This document shows, in pieces, positions 20,601 to 29,732 of a stretch of DNA of 64,000 nt. Where the stretch lies: IMG/VR virus record IMGVR_UViG_3300030061_000857; one strand, written 5' to 3'. A program made the position numbers and the translations under genes. Numbering within the stretch: position 1 is the stretch's first letter; the number at the start of each line of letters is the position of its first letter. The notes under the pieces were generated by a model. The model made no database searches. It was not told where the DNA came from and was given only the letters and a program-made list of their open reading frames with translations. Source of the stretch: an uncultured virus (IMG/VR IMGVR_UViG_3300030061_000857) (taxonomy: Duplodnaviria > Heunggongvirae > Uroviricota > Caudoviricetes > Crassvirales).

Positions 20601-22024
20601 ATATGCCTAAACTAAAAGAAGGTGAAACCTATAACTTTAGACATGTAAACGAATGGATAGACTCTGTAATGTTTGGACAGTCTAATTTACAAAAAGACTT
20701 TACAGTATTTGGTAAAACATTTTCTGCTAATGAAGCAGTAGGGACAATAAATGCATTTACAGCAATGAGCACGTTATCGTTTAACTTACTACAAGGGGCT
20801 AACCAGTCTATATTAGATAATATGATGATGCTACAAGAATCATTTGCTGGACAGTTTTTAAGTAAATCTGATATGGCATGGGCAAAAGGAAAGTACTGGG
20901 GATCCGGTATGGCTATAACAGATATAGGTAGATTTGACCCAAAGAGTAAAATAGCAAAGGCAGTAGAGTATTTTGATGCGCTTACAGAATTTACAGATAC
21001 AGAAGGAAATCAAATAGTAGGAGGTAAAAGAAGAAAAGCAGCAAGAACCGGTAATCTATTGTTTTTACAACAAGCAGCTGAACACGAACTATCCGCTACT
21101 AGAATGCTAGGACTAATGAAAAACCTTGAAGGCACACTAAAAGACAGTGATGGTAATGTAATACTAAATGAAGAGGGTAAACCAGCTAACTTATATGATT
21201 TACTAATAGTAGATGAAAAAACCGGTAAGATGTCAATAGATCCTAGACTCGATGAGAAGCAGTCAGGATTTAATAGGTTAGATTTTATAACAAAATTACA
21301 AGGATTAAGTAGAAGGACTAACCAGATAAAAGGTAAGATGCATACTAATATGCTACAAAGAAGATGGTGGGGTAAACTGTTTATGTTATTCCGTAATTGG
21401 ATGCCGCCTGGAATTAGAAGAAGATATGGACACGGTGGTGGATCTACAGTGCATGTAGATGAAGAGTTAGGTGCTGTTACACAAGGTATGTATGTATCGT
21501 TTTGGAATTTTGTTGCAGAAAGTATATCAACTAAATCTTTTGCATATACTAATATGACTGAAATGGAACAACAAAATGTTAAAAGAACATCTGTAGAACT
21601 AGCATCTTTAATGGGAGCTATGGCATTAGTAGCAGCGTTATCTAATTTAGATGATGAAGAAGAGTCATGGGTAAGTAACTTTGCTTTATATCAAGCTAAA
21701 CGATACCAAACAGAGATCCTACAATGGACACCGCTAGTAGGTGGAAAAGAAGCATTTAGAATACTACAGTCTCCTACAGCAACAGCTAGACCAATACTAA
21801 AAGGTGGTGAGTTGTTAGGACAAATGATAAGCGAAGTTAGATATGTATTAGGAGACCCATTCATTGATGACTCTGCTATTTTTTATCAAAGAAGAACAGG
21901 TAGATTCCAAAAGGGAGACCGTAAAATAAGAAAAGATTTCGAAGATTTATTACCAATATTTAGAGGCTTACAAAAATCAAGAACACCCGAAGAAGCTTAT
22001 AAATGGTTCACTACCTTAGAGTAA
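17636..22024 (+). CDS. Giant internal virion protein with zincin-like metalloprotease domain
   Basis: HEFGH (HExxH) at ~18317-18331 with a downstream Glu helix (KEVLATAIG). Hydrophobic C-terminal helices; follows the RNAP gene. Confidence 0.75.
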   Translation: MACKYYDKKTGLVNELLTDLYGYMDTVQNKNVDSVYKILKKHRIATKRNDIMYLTLPNVNYSLREFKRIERKHPGLFSTEYIKMTPRSIYSEAAPLYSLTINKNVLENINPEGTANADISTTDPVDIDQYVRFIAGAERNTRDYYLDEIARRENTSNSKFSAMEKEDMENVYRVSNELKNSFAKAGVTVDVIFDTSIDNIGQVDPAELGMNPTIRINPLKVRKDTTYHEFGHIYIDLLGVNHPIVAQAIAELRDTDLYYQVKEAYPELYGELLDKEVLATAIGLEGAKIVRKNPNKLQRILNRLFRAIGKLFGITPNTAARLAEEMFAGKLRRDSMINPLSSYIQASKEEVKLKELVDEARVRINSEIYELNQLPEDQVSPEEKTTLLRLENSLQRVRKVEDLFKLVDAMGGALARAKSNYRNIMELPEAERGTTANLNKMWALKKTLDGLEMFSSIKSLLLATKDKGKIQDLDAFDKLEDRVNEIIDQATVLDNDFKDDIIPVWAQSVIGLSNKNLPAEIQKLIDNIEKNKRLVGPDTTDIAWVQLTERYNKGQITKEELTEKRLKLNVEQLKQKQLLNYGDLVKELTTAHKDKSGYSFYFDPIVYSSDRGIQLLVKAVQQANLEKNDLTLDLKSKLAPVYDEFAAGQSESNVEKLNDDLLEEVTINGVKRLALVNPIDQERYYGDLRDYKKQLDEKYSKPKPADFNDDMELYKIEYGKWIESSKGRNYQRDIVTWNNENSTPIEGWEKELKRVRDELKVQQSILKQLKANGFENTDSYLNAQINRDQLNKFLNKNYINGKPAGDWVQPDPKVYTNAKYTAIQNDPRLKKYYDFVLQEFQTAQRMIGVNRMDKNTWDKYSYLMPTYRKEDYDRAKENGTYNTIKDMLQDGFTIQETNHDYYTYNQNNKDIEKRVPVYATNRVPAREVSKDIASSLYRFRHMAHNFKTKSEILGQVMIFQEILKNAKTLETNSAGIQLIQKAAESMGINMPKLKEGETYNFRHVNEWIDSVMFGQSNLQKDFTVFGKTFSANEAVGTINAFTAMSTLSFNLLQGANQSILDNMMMLQESFAGQFLSKSDMAWAKGKYWGSGMAITDIGRFDPKSKIAKAVEYFDALTEFTDTEGNQIVGGKRRKAARTGNLLFLQQAAEHELSATRMLGLMKNLEGTLKDSDGNVILNEEGKPANLYDLLIVDEKTGKMSIDPRLDEKQSGFNRLDFITKLQGLSRRTNQIKGKMHTNMLQRRWWGKLFMLFRNWMPPGIRRRYGHGGGSTVHVDEELGAVTQGMYVSFWNFVAESISTKSFAYTNMTEMEQQNVKRTSVELASLMGAMALVAALSNLDDEEESWVSNFALYQAKRYQTEILQWTPLVGGKEAFRILQSPTATARPILKGGELLGQMISEVRYVLGDPFIDDSAIFYQRRTGRFQKGDRKIRKDFEDLLPIFRGLQKSRTPEEAYKWFTTLE

Positions 22025-22563
22025 TATTAATATTTGTATTTATATTAGCTTGTAGTAAAGAGGTTGATGATTTAGGATTTAGAACGTATGTTATACCAGC
22101 TGGTGAACATAGTTCTGGTAATTTTATTAATCATCCCGATAACTCCAGGCTAGTATTTGATTTTATATTAGACGAGTCAGCAAAATACTATACAGAAGTA
22201 CCGGAAAACCAACACGATGTAAACAAGATCTATGGTATGAGTGACTTTGGTAAGTTACATCAAAAATATTCCATACGTCTTGGATGGCGCTACTTAGATG
22301 GAAATATAGAATTATGTTGGTTACGTCATGAACAAGGCAGGCATAGCTCTGCTACAATAAAGGTTATAGAACCCAACGTAATTTATAATGCTGTAATAGA
22401 TATTACAACATTTTACTATGTTATAGTTATAGATGGTGATACTACAATGGTTAGACGTAGACCAGAAGGTTATTGGGGACTAGTTAGAAGGTATTATTTA
22501 TACCCATACTTTGGCGGTAATGAATATGCACCACATGACATAACTATTAAAATAAAAGAATAA
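22003..22563 (+). CDS. Putative lipoprotein, beta-rich
   Basis: N-terminal R-VILIFVFILA-C-SKE resembles a signal peptidase II lipobox. Last gene of the + operon. Confidence 0.55.
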   Translation: MVHYLRVILIFVFILACSKEVDDLGFRTYVIPAGEHSSGNFINHPDNSRLVFDFILDESAKYYTEVPENQHDVNKIYGMSDFGKLHQKYSIRLGWRYLDGNIELCWLRHEQGRHSSATIKVIEPNVIYNAVIDITTFYYVIVIDGDTTMVRRRPEGYWGLVRRYYLYPYFGGNEYAPHDITIKIKE

Positions 22564-22582
22564 TCAATTTCTTGGGGGTAGC

Positions 22583-22610
22583 AAAAAGGGGGCAATACCC
22601 CCTTAATTTA
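22583..22610 (-). terminator. Intrinsic terminator at the convergence of the two operons, possibly bidirectional
   Basis: AAGGGGG-caata-CCCCCTT hairpin; on the - strand it is followed by TTTTT. Confidence 0.75.
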
Positions 22611-23126
22611 TTACATACTCATTTTTAACAAAAGTAAATAACCTATAAGGTCATCAACTGTATCTTCAGTTTGATCATTTATACCTTTATTTTTTATACG
22701 CATGATTTTATCATCAATACGCGCACATAGCGCCTCTGTAGCATCTAATCTGCTAAATATCTTAACAGGTGATAATGCAGTGTTACCGTAAGCTTTATTC
22801 TTGCTTTTTAATAAATCTACAATAGCACTAGCTGCAGTGTCTAGTTTATTTGCAAAGTCTTCAAAAGCAACCTCAGTTCTTGTTTCTACCCATTTAGGAT
22901 CTATCGCATGTTCAGCATTTAACTGGTCTTCGTAAGAAGGAATAGTACATTGCACTAATGGTTCTACATTATCAGGACTTGTATAGAAACAAAGATCATT
23001 AGACTCTTCAGCGCATAGCTTAAGTTCTGTCTTTTTAATCTCCGTAACTATATATCTATTCCCAATAACTCCTCGATGATGGTATTGATCATGTTTTCTT
23101 AATATTACAATATCATTTATATTCAT
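22611..23126 (-). CDS. DUF1599-like (nucleotide-modification-associated) domain protein with N-terminal extension
   Basis: KNKAYGN...ARIDDKIMRIKN...EDTVDDLIGYLLL pattern in the C-terminal half. Confidence 0.65.
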   Translation of the reverse strand: MNINDIVILRKHDQYHHRGVIGNRYIVTEIKKTELKLCAEESNDLCFYTSPDNVEPLVQCTIPSYEDQLNAEHAIDPKWVETRTEVAFEDFANKLDTAASAIVDLLKSKNKAYGNTALSPVKIFSRLDATEALCARIDDKIMRIKNKGINDQTEDTVDDLIGYLLLLKMSM

Positions 23127-23878
23127 AGTAATTTTTTTAATTTATAAATATCTGGATTATATGTTTCCGCTTCTATATCTATTATACTTAAGAGCTCTGA
23201 CTCTTCTGGCAAGTCTGCATTAAGCCGTTTTTCTAACAGCTCTCTACGTTTATCACTCTTAAATATAATCTGACCCACTTCGTCATTAATATCAGCATTA
23301 TGAAAATCTAAAATGTCTAGCTTGTATTCTCTAGTAAATTTAGAATACTTACCTAACATAAACGCCCTGTATTCTCTTCTAAATCCTTTAGGAATGTCAA
23401 AAACAAACATTACATAGTTAGGACTAGGATCATACCTACGTTTAAAATATTTAACCTCTTTTAGTATTTTCTCAAACTTAATATATCTTGTATCAGCAGA
23501 CCATCTAAATAGTAATGCTATACAATCTTTGTCTTCTGGTGTAGCTATAAAACAATTTACAAAGAAAGTGCTCCAAAAATATAATTTTCTAGTACCAGGT
23601 AACATAGGCATTATAAAAGTTGTAGCTTTTGTTCGCTTAGCTATTGATATGTCATAATATAATTTGTAGTTACCAACTTTCTCTATAATATTAATTTTAT
23701 ATTTTGTCTTCTTAACAGGAACTGTTAGACCCAGTGTTATATTAAGATCATTTGGCCCTTCTAGTGCTACAATAACACCATCTTTCTCTACGGGTTTTAG
23801 ACACTCTGTATTACCGCTAATTCTAAACGTTAGAGCATTTATTGGAGTGTATACTAAATTGTCACATTGTACTACCAT
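23123..23878 (-). CDS. Hypothetical protein
   Basis: 251-aa ORF overlapping both neighbours in the operon. Confidence 0.7.
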   Translation of the reverse strand: MVVQCDNLVYTPINALTFRISGNTECLKPVEKDGVIVALEGPNDLNITLGLTVPVKKTKYKINIIEKVGNYKLYYDISIAKRTKATTFIMPMLPGTRKLYFWSTFFVNCFIATPEDKDCIALLFRWSADTRYIKFEKILKEVKYFKRRYDPSPNYVMFVFDIPKGFRREYRAFMLGKYSKFTREYKLDILDFHNADINDEVGQIIFKSDKRRELLEKRLNADLPEESELLSIIDIEAETYNPDIYKLKKLL

Positions 23879-24624
23879 AATTCTTCTTGATTTGAAAATT
23901 CAACTTTATGTGTTACTAGATCTGGTAACTCTATACCGGTTTCTCTTAACACATCTTCTTTAGTTTTAAGTATGTATATTAACTTAAACGTCTCTGTAAA
24001 TCTATGAATTCCCTCTGAGTTTCCAAACTTTTCTATATATTTATTTAGTACAAAAGTTGGCATATCAGATGGAGGCATATCTTTTAACCACCCCTCAGCT
24101 GTCTTAGGACCTACCTTTGGTATACCCATAATACCATCTGTAGAGTCACCCATTAGCACCTGTTTCCATAAGAATCTTAGCGCATCATTTTCATCTACCT
24201 CAACAAACTCACCCTTACCATAATTGTAATTATGTACTCTGTTTTGATATAACACATCCTTGTCAGGACTACATATAATAGTCTTTAGAGGATCATGATA
24301 CACTGATACTAAATCATCTGCTTCTAGCTCTGGTATGTATGTAAACTTCCATTGCTGTTGTAGATACTCTTTCAATGCAGGAAATATAATTGGTAAATCA
24401 TCTCGTTTTCTATTGTATTTATATGGTCTGGTAGTTGCTACATTGTATCTAAAGCATTTACCCTTGGTTAGAAAACCGGCATAATATTTACACCCAGTTA
24501 TATTTAGCATTTGATTAATTCTCATATCAATACCTGCTAGTGCTTCTTCTAAAGTATTCTTTTTCATCTCATAATAGATTAGACTATCGCCATCTATTAG
24601 AGCTATCTTATCTTCTCTTTTCAT
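23872..24624 (-). CDS. 5'-3' exonuclease/RNase H (FEN/T7 gp6-like)
   Basis: ALIDGDSLIY, YKYNR, ELEADDLV, SPDKD, and MGDSTDGIMGIPKVGPKTA (H3TH) motifs. Confidence 0.9.
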   Translation of the reverse strand: MKREDKIALIDGDSLIYYEMKKNTLEEALAGIDMRINQMLNITGCKYYAGFLTKGKCFRYNVATTRPYKYNRKRDDLPIIFPALKEYLQQQWKFTYIPELEADDLVSVYHDPLKTIICSPDKDVLYQNRVHNYNYGKGEFVEVDENDALRFLWKQVLMGDSTDGIMGIPKVGPKTAEGWLKDMPPSDMPTFVLNKYIEKFGNSEGIHRFTETFKLIYILKTKEDVLRETGIELPDLVTHKVEFSNQEELW

Positions 24625-24695
24625 ATTTTAAGTTTTAATGGATTCAGGGGGCTACTCAGTACTTCACCCCCTTTATCCTACCAATTAAACACTAG

Positions 24696-25865
24696 CTACA
24701 GAGCATTGAGCTCAGCAACTTCCTTGTCACTTTGAGCTTTCTTCTCTGCTCGCTCTTGTACAGCCTTAGACCTCATCTCATCCCACTCCGCATCTGTCAT
24801 AGCTGCATAGCTAGAACTATGGTAAATAGATCCATTGACACCTACTAGAGATGAATGGACAAAGTATTGCTTACATCTAATAGCGCCGTCTACATCACAA
24901 GGCACAGCACCAATATGCATTGGGTCTACGAATATGTTATGTATCTCACCGCTGTAGAAAGCAATATACTTAAGGCCGCCAACGTGAAGCCCTTTAACGC
25001 ATGATACTGTATCATTAACGTTAACTTGGCTCCAGTCAGCTAGTCTGTGGGTACAACCCACTCTGATAAAGTGTTGTGGACTACCATAACCATTTGGGCC
25101 CTCACAGAAGAATGCATCCCCACTGTTACCCATAACCGCGGGTTCAAATAGTCTATCTTCTACGTGTTCTGGTAATCCATCTCCCTCTATCTCACCGGTA
25201 TCAACGTTGAACGTTCTTTTATAACGATCCTCTTGTTCACCGGTTTCTGCGTTAAACTTATGCAGCACCTCTCTAGAGACCTTGTAACCATTTAACAATC
25301 CCTCATGGGTGATCTTCATTTGGTACATCGTTGCTCTTTTCTCGGCTGCTTCTTCGCTTAACCCATGGTTTTCCATAAGATCCTCTTTATGTTTAGGATG
25401 CACATATTGCATATTAACAAAGTTAAAGAATCTATTACAGAAGTCTTCTCCATGACCTTGCTTCATCTTTCTCCACAAGATTGGATTTCTTAGCCACCTT
25501 GTCCACATCTTTACCAAAGGCATAAAGTCTATCTCTTTATCTAGAGACTCAAAGATTCTATCTACAAGCGCCTCTGGCATAGGTATACTAGATACCACAC
25601 CATTGTGCTTAAGAAAGAACTCTCCTGTGCCTTTATTAATATGTATGTAAGGACATTGTGTTTCAATTGTTTTTGTGTAATCTACAACAGTCAGCTGTGC
25701 AAAAGCCTCTAGTATATCATTATACTGTTCCATTGTATTTACATTGTTTGCCTGATCTGCTAGACCTTGCATTTCATCATACAGCTCTTTGCTGTAATCC
25801 ACTGTGAATGGATTCTCTCCATAATTACCACAGATTTTGTTTTCTATAACATTAATTGTAATCAT
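24696..25865 (-). CDS. rIIB-like protein
   Basis: ITHEGLLNGYKV, CVKGLHVGGLKY and VDPMHIGAVPCD..IRCKQY motifs resemble T4 rIIB-like proteins; lies downstream of rIIA. Confidence 0.8.
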   Translation of the reverse strand: MITINVIENKICGNYGENPFTVDYSKELYDEMQGLADQANNVNTMEQYNDILEAFAQLTVVDYTKTIETQCPYIHINKGTGEFFLKHNGVVSSIPMPEALVDRIFESLDKEIDFMPLVKMWTRWLRNPILWRKMKQGHGEDFCNRFFNFVNMQYVHPKHKEDLMENHGLSEEAAEKRATMYQMKITHEGLLNGYKVSREVLHKFNAETGEQEDRYKRTFNVDTGEIEGDGLPEHVEDRLFEPAVMGNSGDAFFCEGPNGYGSPQHFIRVGCTHRLADWSQVNVNDTVSCVKGLHVGGLKYIAFYSGEIHNIFVDPMHIGAVPCDVDGAIRCKQYFVHSSLVGVNGSIYHSSSYAAMTDAEWDEMRSKAVQERAEKKAQSDKEVAELNAL

Positions 25866-25882
25866 ATTTTATATTTAATTGG

Positions 25883-26746
25883 TTAAAAAATGTACCTTAT
25901 AGTATTCCAAGGCACTTTGCTTTCATGTATCTGTCTAAACTGTTTAATATATTTAGACTTCTCTCCAAGTTTGTAGCGTACGTTTTCTCCACCATACTGT
26001 GATTTTTTTATCTCTTGCTTATCAATAACCCATAGATCTACTTCTGTCTCTGGATGTCTATCTAAGTTTACAGTATGCTTTTTAAAGTTGTGTGTCAAAA
26101 ATATACACTCTGCTAAAACTTGATTTTTGTAACTTACATAATCATTCATCATATCAAATATATACTCATAGTCTTGTAACCAACCATCGTATACAATAAT
26201 AGGACTGTAGTTTACATGTACATCATAACCGGCTTCTATAAATGCATCGATAGCTTTTATTCTGTCAATGATCTTAGATGTACCAGGCTCATGTAAATCT
26301 GACTTATGTTGTGGCATTAGACTAAATCTAATACGTATTTTACCTTTAGGGTCAAAGTTTATTAACTCTGGGTTTACAAATTTAGTTGCAAAGCTACCCA
26401 TAGCTACAGGATGATCTCTAAAGAACTCGAATATCCTTTGCCAATCATGATATTTAGCATGCAACGCAAAATCTTCGTTACAGCTAATATCATAAGTGGT
26501 ATATTCTGCATGGGTCTGATTAGGTTTATCTACTGGTGTAAAATACGCATGATTATTAATCTCTGTTAATATATCACCGGTGTTTACAGCAATAGACAAA
26601 CCTTTATCTTTATGACGTTTCATATAACAGTAAGAACAATTATACAAACAGCCATACCCAAAACTAGGAGATATAAAATCCGTAGATCTACCCGAAGGCC
26701 TTATCGTGAACGTTTTTCGTACATCCTTAGTTATTAGTTTTCCCAT
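25883..26746 (-). CDS. splB: Spore photoproduct lyase-like radical SAM enzyme
   Basis: GCLYNCSYCYM (CxxxCxxC followed by Tyr), YDISCNEDF, FATKF, RIRFSLMP, RIKAID..GYDVHVNYSPII motifs typical of the SplB family. Confidence 0.8.
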   Translation of the reverse strand: MGKLITKDVRKTFTIRPSGRSTDFISPSFGYGCLYNCSYCYMKRHKDKGLSIAVNTGDILTEINNHAYFTPVDKPNQTHAEYTTYDISCNEDFALHAKYHDWQRIFEFFRDHPVAMGSFATKFVNPELINFDPKGKIRIRFSLMPQHKSDLHEPGTSKIIDRIKAIDAFIEAGYDVHVNYSPIIVYDGWLQDYEYIFDMMNDYVSYKNQVLAECIFLTHNFKKHTVNLDRHPETEVDLWVIDKQEIKKSQYGGENVRYKLGEKSKYIKQFRQIHESKVPWNTIRYIF

Positions 26747-29475
26747 ATTTCTCTAGATTTAGCTCTTAGATAAACTCTAATCTCTTTCTCGAGTTCAGGA
26801 GACATATCACATTCTCTCTCCTCAAGACAAGACAGTTCATCTAGTAGCGGTTTAACTTCTTCTGCAAATTCTACAATATTATTATACTTAGCTAATATAG
26901 TCAAATCTGCGGCTTTAGCCTCACCAATATCTGACAAAACAAACAGTTCTTTAGACTTTTCTTGTATCAAATCTGGATCATCACACTGTTGTATAAACTG
27001 TTGAAACTCAAACAGTTTGTCCATGTGTTTAATTAGATCTGGTGCCATATCACGAGCTGTTCTGTACTCCCATTCAGAGTAATTATCATTTCGTAAATCT
27101 AGCAGTTCACAATAGTCTTTTTGTAGCTCAGGATGTATACATCCAAGACCCTGCATAAATCTAAATAGGTTTATCTTTTCTAGTTTATGCGCAGTGTAAT
27201 ATTTAACAAGTGAATTATCCATAGTATATCCGTTTTTATCTGTTAGTTGTAAAAATAGCTCGTCGATGTGTTTGACATTAGGGTTTTGTGTAATAAACTT
27301 AACCTTGTTTTGACTAACACGTATAAGTTGAGGCGTATCCCATCCTTGTTTAGGATCAGCAGCCCAGTCCTCATACTCACCTTTCTTATTCCACTTCATA
27401 AATCTAACAGGCGGATGCTCATACCAGTAAATAGGATAACTTTCAGAACCTCTAGATGATCCGTTAGCATACCAAGAGGCTTGTGGATAAACTTGTTTGA
27501 AATGTGGTGCAGTATTTTTTAGTAACATTGCAGCAACTTTCATTTTATCCTCATCTTCTTTAGTACAATAATAGATACGATTAGAACTAGCCATAAGATC
27601 TTTTGCTTTAGGCTCTATCTTCTCTAATGTAAGTCTATCATCTTTACGATGATCCCACCTAAGAGTATATGCAACCATTCTTTTCTCTATCTCACGACGC
27701 TCTGCAGCGGTTAGATTAGAATACTTAGACTTTTCTTCTTCTTCTAGCTCTTGTTCTTTACAGTCTGCAATAAACTCATCAGGAACTACAACACTATCAT
27801 AGTCTTTGTACCACTCTGATTGTTTAATAAAGTTAAATACAGCTGTACGTTTAGCAAGAACTCTATTCTTCTCTTTTATAACAAAAGATTTATCTGTAGC
27901 TTTTATCAAATCATCTTTAAAATGCTCATCTAAATCTATTCTACTAAACGTTACAACACTGTTAAGAGAGAATCTATCCTCTGTGTCTTTTTGCATAAGA
28001 TACAGATCTTTGTATTTACTAAACTGCTCTTTTCTAAAGTATAAATGTTTAGCATCAACACCGTGCCATTCTTTAACAGGCTCTCTATCTATCTTACCAT
28101 TTAGTCTTAGAGGTTTCATTAGTTTAAAACCTTCAAACAGTTTATTAGCTGGTCCATACTTAATCCTAGGATCAGGCCCAAAGACAGGCTTAATTAGATC
28201 TCTGTCAATGATACGAGCAATTTTATTTAGAACTTTATTGTCATCACTATCACCTGATATAATAGACCTACACTTATCAACCCACTTAAGAAAGTCTGTT
28301 TCTGTAAGCTGTTCTTGAACCATGTCACTAGCTTCTTTTGCAGCAGCCATAATAACACTTTTGATGTATTTCTTAGTAGTCTCGTTCCATATAACTTTCT
28401 CACGAGATGGAGTAACATCTACACCCTCTTGTAATACAGTCTCTGTGCCATCTTCGTTAGTGATCACCTGTCTAGCAGGACACTTGAAGGCAATAGAACC
28501 ATACATCTGTTGCATTTCTAGCTCTTTGAAGTCAATATAACCATAGTTAATACCTGTGCTAGCATTCTTATCTTTTACAAGAACAATATGCGGCTTACTA
28601 AAATAGTAACTATCTGAAACTATAAGATTCTCAGAGTTATGTAATACCTCAGCTTTAAAATGCATGTCTCTAGACTCACCATCTTCGTATTTAATAGTAA
28701 AATTAACGTTATCAAAATACAACAGCTGCTCTTCTACCGCATCTCTAAACTTGCTACGGTTGTGTTTCTTTACACCAAAAGATATTGTAGTTTGATTTAT
28801 GTCATCAGAATGCTCATAGTATACTTTAGTGCCATCACTAAACGTTATGAATTTATTCTGCATACCTGTCTTTACATTAAATGCTGGTATAATAAAATCA
28901 GTTTTGTAGTTGTAACAGTTACATTTAAAACGCATACCATTGTATATAGTTTCTATAGTATAGAAATCTACACCTGTAGATAGTGCAGCTTTTGCACCTA
29001 GGCCAAAGGCACCGAAGTTCTCGCTTGTGTTACGCTTTGTAGAGTAACCTAGCTCTAGTATACCTTCTAGTCTTCTACCACCTATACCTACACCATAGTC
29101 AGTAACTGAAAATGTATCACAATATCCAACACCTTGGTTCTCTGTATATAATAAGTCTACCTTGTGTTTATTATGATGTAAATGTGTTAGACTATAATAG
29201 TTTATATCAAAATTACTATCCTCATACTGCGCACCATGACGCTCTATGTAATAGTCTTCTACTTGTCTCTTACCTGTTATAATCTCCAGTGCTACCTCTT
29301 TCTCACGTTGAGAGTCACATGCATTTGTTACAAGCTCTCTAATAGTAGACTGTATTGGCATAGAATACTGTGTTGACTGCAAAATGTCAAACACCATCTT
29401 CTCAGCGCCTTTGTTAATTTTCTTTGCTATGCCGGCGCTACCTTGCATAGGCTTATCAATAGTTTTAATACTCAT
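26734..29475 (-). CDS. rIIA-like protein with GHKL ATPase domain
   Basis: IRELVTNACDS, VTDYGVGI, GAFGLGAK (GHKL boxes) and VDVTPSREKV. Confidence 0.85.
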   Translation of the reverse strand: MSIKTIDKPMQGSAGIAKKINKGAEKMVFDILQSTQYSMPIQSTIRELVTNACDSQREKEVALEIITGKRQVEDYYIERHGAQYEDSNFDINYYSLTHLHHNKHKVDLLYTENQGVGYCDTFSVTDYGVGIGGRRLEGILELGYSTKRNTSENFGAFGLGAKAALSTGVDFYTIETIYNGMRFKCNCYNYKTDFIIPAFNVKTGMQNKFITFSDGTKVYYEHSDDINQTTISFGVKKHNRSKFRDAVEEQLLYFDNVNFTIKYEDGESRDMHFKAEVLHNSENLIVSDSYYFSKPHIVLVKDKNASTGINYGYIDFKELEMQQMYGSIAFKCPARQVITNEDGTETVLQEGVDVTPSREKVIWNETTKKYIKSVIMAAAKEASDMVQEQLTETDFLKWVDKCRSIISGDSDDNKVLNKIARIIDRDLIKPVFGPDPRIKYGPANKLFEGFKLMKPLRLNGKIDREPVKEWHGVDAKHLYFRKEQFSKYKDLYLMQKDTEDRFSLNSVVTFSRIDLDEHFKDDLIKATDKSFVIKEKNRVLAKRTAVFNFIKQSEWYKDYDSVVVPDEFIADCKEQELEEEEKSKYSNLTAAERREIEKRMVAYTLRWDHRKDDRLTLEKIEPKAKDLMASSNRIYYCTKEDEDKMKVAAMLLKNTAPHFKQVYPQASWYANGSSRGSESYPIYWYEHPPVRFMKWNKKGEYEDWAADPKQGWDTPQLIRVSQNKVKFITQNPNVKHIDELFLQLTDKNGYTMDNSLVKYYTAHKLEKINLFRFMQGLGCIHPELQKDYCELLDLRNDNYSEWEYRTARDMAPDLIKHMDKLFEFQQFIQQCDDPDLIQEKSKELFVLSDIGEAKAADLTILAKYNNIVEFAEEVKPLLDELSCLEERECDMSPELEKEIRVYLRAKSREIWEN

Positions 29476-29495
29476 GTTATTTGTGTTTAATTGGT

Positions 29496-29708
29496 TTATA
29501 ATCCTAGACGTCTGTCTTCCATCATTGCTTCTGCTCTATCATCTTCAATACGAGCTCTGTACTCATAATCTACAATAGGCTCATCAAACTCTTCTTTACA
29601 AGAGTCACATTCATAGCTTTCGTCTGTTTCTGTGTAAGTGCAGCCACAACAAGGGCTTAGTAGCTCATCCCCGTCTGGAGGGGACAGCTTCCAGTCATCA
29701 TAATTCAT
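29496..29708 (-). CDS. Small acidic Cys-rich (Zn-ribbon-like) protein
   Basis: SPCCGC...CDSCKE; preceded by the shared AACCAATTAAA leader motif. Confidence 0.7.
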   Translation of the reverse strand: MNYDDWKLSPPDGDELLSPCCGCTYTETDESYECDSCKEEFDEPIVDYEYRARIEDDRAEAMMEDRRLGL

Positions 29709-29732
29709 ATTTAAAGTGTTTAATTGGTTAAA

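Noticed and set aside
24680..29495. 13-bp inverted repeat as transposon ends around rIIA-SPL-rIIB
   Set aside because: No transposase or target-site duplication, and the motif recurs upstream of other genes; kept as a regulatory hypothesis instead.
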